A stretch of 64,000 bases of DNA from an uncultured bacterium (GTDB lineage: Bacteria > Omnitrophota > Omnitrophia > Omnitrophales > Aquincolibacteriaceae). How positions within the stretch are numbered: position 1 is the stretch's first letter; every line of letters starts with the position of its first letter. Below are positions 57,532 to 64,000 of the stretch, piece by piece. The position numbers and the translations under genes were made by a program. The notes under the pieces are model-generated. The model saw only the letters and a program-made list of their open reading frames with translations, was not told the DNA's origin and did not search any database. The stretch is taken from the NCBI GenBank assembly GCA_964562525.1, contig CAZLTL010000011.1, positions 9,780-73,779 on the forward strand, given 5' to 3'.

Positions 57532-57971
57532 TCCAATCTCTTCAGCTCGTGAAGTTTCGGGCTGGCGGGTTGGTCTCTTCTTTTTTTTCTCTCCTTTAAG
57601 TGCCACTACACTCTTTTTTGACTCTACCAGTAAATATTTTCAGACGCACTACACTTGCCTTGTTTCAAATTCGTTTTAATTACTGATATGAATCCTGCCT
57701 GAATTGTCACTATCCACTTTGTGCCATTTGAGATGCGTGAATTGTGTTTCCTCGCCTCTACACCCTAAAAAACCGTCGAAAGCATTTCCGACTTTGCAGC
57801 AGATGTTTCCCTTCAGGAAATCATCGGGCCCGACAGTTATGTGTATGGACTTGCGATATTTGATGTTCGAAGCTTAACGCCCGGACAAAAATCTGTGTTT
57901 CAAATGACCGAAAAAGAAGGGCAAAGAAGTATTACGATCAGAAACTTCAACTGGCTGAAACAGGTGAAGCC

Positions 57972-58955
57972 ATGATTGAAAAAGAGACGATTCAAAGCAC
58001 GGAGTCAAAGTCCGCAGCGCGATCAAAACTTCCTGAGAAAGAATTCTTTGACCGAGAGCCGAATTTTGATGAGCCAGGAAATGATTCAACAGGGAAGTGG
58101 AGCAAAAAGCGTTGGTTTGGCGTTCTCTTAGTTGGAGCAGCGCTTCTTCTGATGTTTGTATTTGTATCTAAAGGCTGCAGCGGTGATCGGTCCAAGAGTA
58201 ATCGACTCGCTTCAAGTGAGGAAAAGCGTGAAACCGTGACGCAGTCCTCAATGGAGCGGGCAATTCAAAACTCACGCCCTAAAGAAGATGCGCGCGTCGA
58301 ACAACTCAGTAATCCTAGGCAATTAAAGAGCAAAGAGCGTACCTTCAAAAGCGATATTGCTGTGTATCTCTATGAAAACAAACCTCAGGAAAGTGAATCC
58401 AAAAGATCGGCTCCGATTAAGGAGGCCAGACTCGGGTTGCCGTCCGGAACAAAAATTCGGGCACTGCTGGAAGATCGAGTTTTTAGTTTTAATGTCGCCG
58501 CCCCGCTTCTCGCGATTGTTCCGAAAGACTTTAAATGGGATGGGAAGACTATTATCCCGAAAGGGTCCAAATTTTTAGGCGAAGCCAATGTCTTGAAGTC
58601 TCTTGACCGGATCAATGTCAGTTTTGACTTGCTTATTCTTCCTGACGGATCGGAATTGCGGGTGAGGGCTATGGCACTTTCTGAAGATGGGGCAAGTGGC
58701 ATACGCGGGAAAGTGGATAAGCATGGGGATACGAAAATCCTTAAAGCAATTGGTGAAACGCTTCTCGGCGGTGCCAGCCTATTTGTTGGAGGTACACGAA
58801 GCGATCCTTACAGCCTCAACGATCAGTTGCGTACCAATCTCGCACAAAATTTGACGAATCAGGCTGCACAAGACTTAAGAGACGTGCGAGTTGATAAGTC
58901 TGTGACGGTGGAAGCCTCAACACCGGTGCAAGTAATGATTCTCGAGGCTATTTAA
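57972..58955 (+). CDS. VirB10/TrbI-like bitopic protein (orphan)
   Basis: 327 aa; cytoplasmic N-term, single TM (WFGVLLVGAALLLMFVFV), charged linker, C-terminal domain with TrbI-like pattern (GLPSGTKIRALLEDRV...IIPKGSKFLGEA...GSELRVRAMAL...GIRGKVDKHGD). Confidence 0.5.
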   Translation: MIEKETIQSTESKSAARSKLPEKEFFDREPNFDEPGNDSTGKWSKKRWFGVLLVGAALLLMFVFVSKGCSGDRSKSNRLASSEEKRETVTQSSMERAIQNSRPKEDARVEQLSNPRQLKSKERTFKSDIAVYLYENKPQESESKRSAPIKEARLGLPSGTKIRALLEDRVFSFNVAAPLLAIVPKDFKWDGKTIIPKGSKFLGEANVLKSLDRINVSFDLLILPDGSELRVRAMALSEDGASGIRGKVDKHGDTKILKAIGETLLGGASLFVGGTRSDPYSLNDQLRTNLAQNLTNQAAQDLRDVRVDKSVTVEASTPVQVMILEAI

Positions 58956-58970
58956 AACCAAGGAGAAAGA

Positions 58971-59219
58971 ATGACTAAATCAGGCGGGAATGGTGAGTTT
59001 AAAGAAATTCAGAAGGTGCATGTACTGCAGACTCGCAAGGGTGAAGAGTTGCATTTTTCTGTGGTTGAGCTTGGTGGGCAGCCCAAAGTGGATATTCGTT
59101 ATTTTTCAAAAACCGAAGAGGGACTACGCCCCACACATCGAGGCATCGTCGTGGACATCGCAAAATTGGACGACTTGATGGAAGGCGCTCAGAAACTGGT
59201 GTCTGTAATCGGAAAGTAA
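58971..59219 (+). CDS. PC4/YdbC-like ssDNA-binding protein
   Basis: 82 aa; VDIRYF...GLRPTHRGIVVDIAKLDDL matches PC4 C-terminal fold pattern (DIREyy..Gk.kpgkKGIsL). Confidence 0.4.
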   Translation: MTKSGGNGEFKEIQKVHVLQTRKGEELHFSVVELGGQPKVDIRYFSKTEEGLRPTHRGIVVDIAKLDDLMEGAQKLVSVIGK

Positions 59220-59238
59220 ATAAAAGCTTATTCACAAC

Positions 59239-59270
59239 AGGAGCCTGCGTTATTGCGGGCTCCTGTTTAT
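59239..59270 (+). terminator. hairpin CAGGAGCC-12 nt-GGCTCCTG followed by TTTAT
   Basis: 8-bp perfect stem seen in sequence; weak T tract. Confidence 0.4.
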
Positions 59271-59274
59271 AAAG

Positions 59275-60567
59275 GTGATCGAGATGAGACAAAAAATGTA
59301 TTTGGCAATATGGGCGGTCTTTTTATTAAGTGGAGTGAACTCCTATGCAGGAACTGCGGAGTTAAGTTTACAAGACTTTGGCAGAGTAACATCCATTGAT
59401 GATGCGATATCGCGGACTATTGATAGCAGTGCGCAAGTAAAGTCCGCGATCGCACGATTAGAGAAGGAAAAGTCGCTCTACCGTGGTAGCAGAGCCGAGT
59501 TTTTCCCTAAATTAGGTACGGAAATCTTTGCCGCAGGGGCAACGGGTCAGAAAAGTACGGTTTCATATTTTCAGACAACATTGGAACAGCCCCTATTTCA
59601 GGGCGGGAAGTTATTTTACGGGAAAAAGAAACAGAAGGTTCGTGTTGAAGCAGAAGAGATTCGGTTGCAACAGGAAAAACTAGATTTGGCATTGGAGGTA
59701 AAGTTGATTTATGCCAGTGCTTTAAATGAGAAAGAGCTGCTGAGAATCTCTCAAAATGAGGTTCGAGAAATATCGAGAAGCCAAGCCTGCTTTAAAGCGT
59801 TATATGAAAACATGATTGTATCCGCAGCTGAAATAAACCGTATCAATTCCATGCTCGCAAGTGCGAAAGAAAAAACCGTCAGGCATAAAGAAAATTACGA
59901 TTACTTAATGTCTGTGCTGAAGCAAGTCATGGATATCGATGACTCAGAAATAATCGAGCTTCAACCAGTAAGCGAGCTGCCGGCAATTGAAGACTCAGTT
60001 ATGGAGTACCTGGATGCTTATCGGAAAACAAACGCGGCATATAAGCTAACTGAACTTGCGGTGAAAGAAAAAGAATTTGAAAAAAAGATAATTCAGGCTG
60101 ACCGCTATCCTCAAATAAGTCTCGCCGTAAAGTGGGATGTTTATAACGACACCTTTGTGGGTAACAACCGCGCCATGGCCGGAATCATCGGGAAGTGGGA
60201 TATCTGGGATTTCGGACGCGTGGGTTCAAAGGTTAGTGCTAAAACTCATGAAATTGAAGAGGTTAAATGGGCTAGCCGTGCCAAGATTTTAGAGGAAGAG
60301 AGGGAAATATATCGCTTATTCCACGATGCTCGGGCAATCAGAGGAAAAATTCAAATGTTTGATGTCCAAATCGTCGAGCTGCAAGAGTATTACAAGAATG
60401 AAAAAGTTCGTCTCATTGCCGGGCAGAAAGCAGATGCCGAAATTTTGGACTCATTTCTGAGCCTTGAAAATATGCGCATATCGCAGATTGAAGCGATTAC
60501 AGATTACAGAGCAATTTTGTATAAGCTGCAAAGCAGCCTTCAATCCAGCGGAGGTAAAGATGCCTAA
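59275..60567 (+). CDS. TolC-family outer membrane efflux protein
   Basis: 430 aa; signal peptide; tandem coiled-coil/beta repeats typical of the OMF family. Confidence 0.65.
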   Translation: MIEMRQKMYLAIWAVFLLSGVNSYAGTAELSLQDFGRVTSIDDAISRTIDSSAQVKSAIARLEKEKSLYRGSRAEFFPKLGTEIFAAGATGQKSTVSYFQTTLEQPLFQGGKLFYGKKKQKVRVEAEEIRLQQEKLDLALEVKLIYASALNEKELLRISQNEVREISRSQACFKALYENMIVSAAEINRINSMLASAKEKTVRHKENYDYLMSVLKQVMDIDDSEIIELQPVSELPAIEDSVMEYLDAYRKTNAAYKLTELAVKEKEFEKKIIQADRYPQISLAVKWDVYNDTFVGNNRAMAGIIGKWDIWDFGRVGSKVSAKTHEIEEVKWASRAKILEEEREIYRLFHDARAIRGKIQMFDVQIVELQEYYKNEKVRLIAGQKADAEILDSFLSLENMRISQIEAITDYRAILYKLQSSLQSSGGKDA

Positions 60568-62113
60568 TTATTTACGACGCACCCAAGTATTTCTCCTGGC
60601 TGCCTTCTTCATCACATTGGTGGTTACGGTCGCTGTCGCCTCGACGGTCATTTACACCCGAGAAACATTTTGGGTAAGCACATTGTGGATTTCCGGGTTT
60701 TGCTTTTTGTTTTTTAATGTGGCTTTGATTTTGTTGCAGATGATTGTTCGCCCATTTATTAAAGTCCCAATATTAGAGGAGACATTTGTTGGCGATTTTC
60801 CTAAGACGGCATTGGTCTATCCGGTTCGCAATGAATATCACGGTTTGTTTGAACGGATTAATTATTCGTTGTCGGGGAACATATTGCCAAACCTTGATTT
60901 GTGGATACTTTCTGATTCCTCGGCCGACTTTGAACTTTTTGAACAGCGTATTGTTGAGCAGCTAAAAGCTAAGTACGCAGGTCGGATTTATTATCGGCGT
61001 CGAGAAGCACCGGTGGAACGCAAGCAGGGCAACATAAGCGAATTTGTTTCCAATCATCCCGAGTATCAGTTTCTCTATGTTTGCGATGCCGACAGCATGG
61101 TGGTACGAGGAACAGTTTTAAAGTTGCTTCGGAAGGCGCTCCATTTCAAGAATCAAGATGTCGCTATATTCCAGTGCATGGTGAAAATTACGCATGCGAA
61201 AACCTGGTATTCAAAGTTTGAAAAAATATGCGCGGAATCGTCTCAGAAATTCAGTTTTACTGCCTTGCAGGCGATCTTCGGCAGGCTTATTTCTTTTGGA
61301 CATCATCATCTTGTCAGAACACGGCTACTCGCAAGCATTAAGCTTCCGAAGGGGCTTCTTTCACATGACAATTGGGATACCGCGCTACTCGATCAAGCAG
61401 GATACCGCGTTGTGTTTTGTCCGGATGTTTGTGGATATGACGAAGCACCTTCGAACTATATCGAGGCTAGAGCACGAAGCAGGCGTTGGTCGCAAGGAAC
61501 TTTGCAAGGCTTGCCGCTTATTACCATGCCCAAGATAAGTTTGGCATCAAGATTCTTGGCGAGTTATGGAATTTACTTATATCTATCGGATCTTGTTTTC
61601 TTTGGGTGGGTGGTATTAGGCGTGCTGGCACGCTCCGCGCCTTTTGGTGAGCTCATTTATTTTAAAATAGATTCGATTTGGCTTGGTTTTTACACCAATA
61701 GCATTTTGAAATTTGTGCTTGGGCTTTCCTTGGGCGTTATCTTCTTCCATAAACTTGTCATTGTTCGTTCATGGAAGGACTTTCGCAGTTATTGTTATGA
61801 AACAATTCTATCCACACTCATTACGCTCAATAACTTTGTCTATGTTCCTCTTGATATCTTGACATTGCCATTGCGCAAACTGGCGTGGAAACCAATGTCG
61901 AAAAATCCGTTTCAAGAATTAAAGCTATCGCAGGCGTTTAGCAAGCTCTGGATTGGAACACTTTTTGGATTGTACGGGTTTTACTTTTGCTTAAATGAAA
62001 CGCCGTATTTCATTTGGCAGGCAACTCCGATTTTAATGAGCTTGGTGTTATCGATTCCAATGGTATATGGCACATCAAAAAATATACCCAATTCCGTTAG
62101 TCAGTGGATTTAA
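60560..62113 (+). CDS. processive family-2 glycosyltransferase, membrane-embedded (OpgH/MdoH- or cellulose-synthase-like)
   Basis: N- and C-terminal TM bundles; catalytic motifs LSDSS, RKQGN, DADS (DxD), SHDNWDTA, RSRRWSQG (QxxRW); internal ATG of ORF 60464. Confidence 0.6.
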   Translation: MPNYLRRTQVFLLAAFFITLVVTVAVASTVIYTRETFWVSTLWISGFCFLFFNVALILLQMIVRPFIKVPILEETFVGDFPKTALVYPVRNEYHGLFERINYSLSGNILPNLDLWILSDSSADFELFEQRIVEQLKAKYAGRIYYRRREAPVERKQGNISEFVSNHPEYQFLYVCDADSMVVRGTVLKLLRKALHFKNQDVAIFQCMVKITHAKTWYSKFEKICAESSQKFSFTALQAIFGRLISFGHHHLVRTRLLASIKLPKGLLSHDNWDTALLDQAGYRVVFCPDVCGYDEAPSNYIEARARSRRWSQGTLQGLPLITMPKISLASRFLASYGIYLYLSDLVFFGWVVLGVLARSAPFGELIYFKIDSIWLGFYTNSILKFVLGLSLGVIFFHKLVIVRSWKDFRSYCYETILSTLITLNNFVYVPLDILTLPLRKLAWKPMSKNPFQELKLSQAFSKLWIGTLFGLYGFYFCLNETPYFIWQATPILMSLVLSIPMVYGTSKNIPNSVSQWI

Positions 62114-62126
62114 TTACCTCAAGGAG

Positions 62127-63053
62127 ATGAAAATGACAGTCGCAGATAAAAGTAATGTAAGCGGAGCAGAAGGAAAAGAGCCTTCCTTGTTTCAGGATCA
62201 GCCCAAATCAGGTGGTGGTTTTCGATGGATGTTGATTCTGATCGCCATACTTGCCATTGCCGGGTTTTGGTATGTTTATAGCCCAGAACTAGAGACGGCC
62301 GGGCAAATTAAATCAGAGAGGTTTGTGCGGGTGGGTGTGGTTGTTCCGGGGATCTTAAAAGAACTGGATGTAAAAAAAGGAGATCGCGTTAAGGCGGGTG
62401 ATGTTGTTGCGAAACTTGAAAACCCGGATTTGGCCCAACAGCTTAAGAGCAAGCAGATTGAAATCGAAAAGCTGAATTTTGAAAAAAATGTACTAATTAA
62501 ACAGCAAGACCATGCGGCGCTTGATGTTTCACGAGTCACACTTCTGTATGAAAACAAGGTGGCAAGTAAATCGGTCGTCGAATCAAAAGAGCTGGCATTA
62601 AGTCAGTCCAAGGACGATGTGGAAGCAAAGCAGAGGGAAATTGATATGGTTCGGTCGCATCTTGAGTTGTTGAAGGCTCAAATAGCGAATATGGAGATCA
62701 GAGCACCGTTTTCGGGAGTCATACTCGCTACGCAATTGGAGATGATAGGAAATTACCTTAAATCGGGGGAAGAACTGGTTCAAATGGCAGAACCGACCAC
62801 TTTTTATCTCGAGGCGGGAATTCCGGAACGACTCATTAATAGGTATAAGGTTGGGAACAAAGTTCAGGTGCGCTTTGAGGGTTATCCGACACATATATAT
62901 AGTGGGGAAATTACGGGGCTATCCTTGTCGATCCATGAGGAGGTTGAGAAGGTATTTAAGATAAAACGCATGGTTGCCTGTCATGTCCGATTAGATGCGA
63001 TGCCGCCCGAGATTAGATATGGGACTCAGGCGGTAGTAACTATTAAGTCGTAG
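62127..63053 (+). CDS. HlyD-family periplasmic adaptor (membrane fusion protein)
   Basis: N-terminal TM, biotinyl/lipoyl-like hairpin (GDRVKAGDVVAKLE), coiled coil, C-terminal beta-barrel. Confidence 0.65.
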   Translation: MKMTVADKSNVSGAEGKEPSLFQDQPKSGGGFRWMLILIAILAIAGFWYVYSPELETAGQIKSERFVRVGVVVPGILKELDVKKGDRVKAGDVVAKLENPDLAQQLKSKQIEIEKLNFEKNVLIKQQDHAALDVSRVTLLYENKVASKSVVESKELALSQSKDDVEAKQREIDMVRSHLELLKAQIANMEIRAPFSGVILATQLEMIGNYLKSGEELVQMAEPTTFYLEAGIPERLINRYKVGNKVQVRFEGYPTHIYSGEITGLSLSIHEEVEKVFKIKRMVACHVRLDAMPPEIRYGTQAVVTIKS

Positions 63054-63155
63054 GCCGGTCTGTTTTAACGAATTGGGGCAATTGGGAAGAATAAATAGAC
63101 ATCTTTTGGTAAGATACTCAAAGTTTGAGGCAAAATCCAACTCGAGAGATGTTTA

Positions 63156-63365
63156 ATGAAATTTCCTGCAGGCACAATTGAGCTGAATGAAGCTGCTAAA
63201 AAATTCGGCTCAACTTGGGGAGCGCTTCGTAGAGCCATCTACAGAAAGCGGCTCAATGGGTTTAAGGTCGGATTAACTTGGTTTAGCACGGAATCAGAAG
63301 TTAAGCGATATCTTAAAACCCGGAATGTGGAAAAGATACCAGTGAGGTATAGAAAGAAGACTTGA
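63156..63365 (+). CDS. excisionase/AlpA-like helix-turn-helix DNA-binding protein
   Basis: 69 aa; TIELNEAAKKFGSTWGALRRAIYRKRLNGFKVG matches the HTH_17 excisionase-family pattern. Confidence 0.45.
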   Translation: MKFPAGTIELNEAAKKFGSTWGALRRAIYRKRLNGFKVGLTWFSTESEVKRYLKTRNVEKIPVRYRKKT

Positions 63366-63454
63366 GGGGGTAAAAAAATTTTGTTATTATGTGTCTATCA
63401 AATGGACACATAGAAACAAGGCATTTAAGTCAGAGTGAGTAAAAGCCGGTTCCT

Positions 63455-63493
63455 TCTTGTTGTAGCTCTTACCTAAAGTTCATAACAACAAGA
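63455..63493 (+). promoter_or_regulatory. 9-bp inverted repeat TCTTGTTGT-N21-ACAACAAGA just upstream of the second xis-like gene
   Basis: seen in sequence. Confidence 0.25.
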
Positions 63494-63501
63494 GGGGGTG
63501 T

Positions 63502-63705
63502 TTGATGGTAATTACGAATCATGCGGATGGCAGCACGCGTCTGCTTACATCAGAGGAGATAGCAGCTATTTTGAAGATTTCATTGAATACGGTGCATAGC
63601 CGGGAATGGCAGAAGCGGAACCGTTGTCCGCTAATTAAAATTGGGAAGCGACGCTACTCAGTTGAAGCAGTATTTTGGAAATGGGTTAACTCAAGGGGAT
63701 TGTGA
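63502..63705 (+). CDS. second excisionase/AlpA-like HTH protein
   Basis: 67 aa; LLTSEEIAAILKISLNTVHSR...IKIGKRRYSVEAVFWKW. Confidence 0.45.
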   Translation: MMVITNHADGSTRLLTSEEIAAILKISLNTVHSREWQKRNRCPLIKIGKRRYSVEAVFWKWVNSRGL

Positions 63706-63708
63706 TCG

Positions 63709-64000
63709 ATGGCAACACTGATCAGGCAGTACCCTGGGATTATATTTCGTGAGGGGAAAGACAAGGTTGATAAAAATGGGCGCTTTGTCTGTCAGATTAA
63801 CTTTTGTCCGTTCCCCAATAAGCGTGTTTACAAAACTATTCGGCTGGAAAGAAAGTCGTATCGTGAAGCTTCTGAAATCAGAAATTCTTGGATTAATGAA
63901 TATCTGCAAAAGCATCCGCACCAATCGCTGGAAAATAAGAAGGATCTTTCATTTTCCGAGTTGAGAAATGTTTTATTGCGGATGATGGAATACAACCACA
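63709..64000 (+). CDS. 5' end of a probable tyrosine-integrase-like ORF (Arm-type N-terminal DNA-binding domain), runs off the window
   Basis: open frame with no stop from ATG 63709 to 64000; GRFVCQINFCPFPNKRVYKTIRLERKSYREAS resembles the P4-type integrase Arm domain; stop-overlapping start (TGATCGATG). Confidence 0.4.
   Translation, partial: MATLIRQYPGIIFREGKDKVDKNGRFVCQINFCPFPNKRVYKTIRLERKSYREASEIRNSWINEYLQKHPHQSLENKKDLSFSELRNVLLRMMEYNH

Noticed and set aside
60464-60559. 32-codon N-terminal extension of the GT2 gene overlapping the TolC-like gene
   Set aside because: ATG 60560 with GGAGG 6 nt upstream is a far better start. The extension has no TM/signal logic.
1-64000. CRISPR arrays, rRNA genes, IS/transposase genes
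   Set aside because: No regularly spaced direct repeats, no rRNA-like conserved blocks and no DDE/HUH transposase-like ORFs were seen. The only mobility genes are the xis/int module at the right edge.

Overview
All 64 kb appears to be one bacterial chromosomal segment, and every gene I can support lies on the + strand. I could not place the lineage. The SWIB-domain protein, NrdR, MreBCD-PBP2-RodA, a TGS-less ThrRS and a B2-less PheT are weak hints of a PVC-like or candidate-phylum organism. There are three parts.

(1) Housekeeping block, 1-29.0 kb: purD-ptp-rpiB-glyA-nrdR, a SWIB-domain gene, aroA, mreBCD-mrdA-rodA, tRNA-Pro, thrS-infC-rpmI-rplT-pheST-rarA, a STAS-PilZ signalling gene, aroQ-accBC, pfk, ADP-heptose genes plus thiE, and tRNA-Gly(CCC).

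(2) Biosynthetic cluster, 29.5-56.6 kb: directly downstream of tRNA-Gly sits an uninterrupted, overlapping ~27 kb + strand operon. Its gene content matches the aryl-polyene / flexirubin / xanthomonadin class of type II PKS-like clusters (APE family): a MIO-dependent aromatic ammonia-lyase, a PaaK-like aryl-CoA ligase, two KS/CLF-like pairs plus a further KS, three carrier proteins, an SDR ketoreductase, hot-dog dehydratases and thioesterase, a LolA-like protein, an MMPL exporter, a DUF3261 lipoprotein, GT2, PlsC-like and LpxL-like acyltransferases, an O-methyltransferase and a YceI-like protein. It also carries an unusual extra module: a carrier protein, an HxxxD acyltransferase-like protein, and an FAD-oxidoreductase::AMP-ligase fusion.

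(3) Mobile-element-like region, 56.6-64 kb: after an AT-rich spacer with a degenerate duplication come a Cys-rich zinc-ribbon protein, an orphan VirB10/TrbI-like protein and a PC4-like ssDNA-binding protein. These are followed by a TolC-like OMF, a processive GT2 carrying QxxRW and an HlyD-like adaptor, which together look like a trans-envelope glycan synthase/export module. The window ends with two excisionase-like HTH genes and the 5' end of a tyrosine-integrase-like ORF that runs off the window.

No CRISPR, rRNA or transposase was seen. Every call rests on motif recognition by eye and none is computed.
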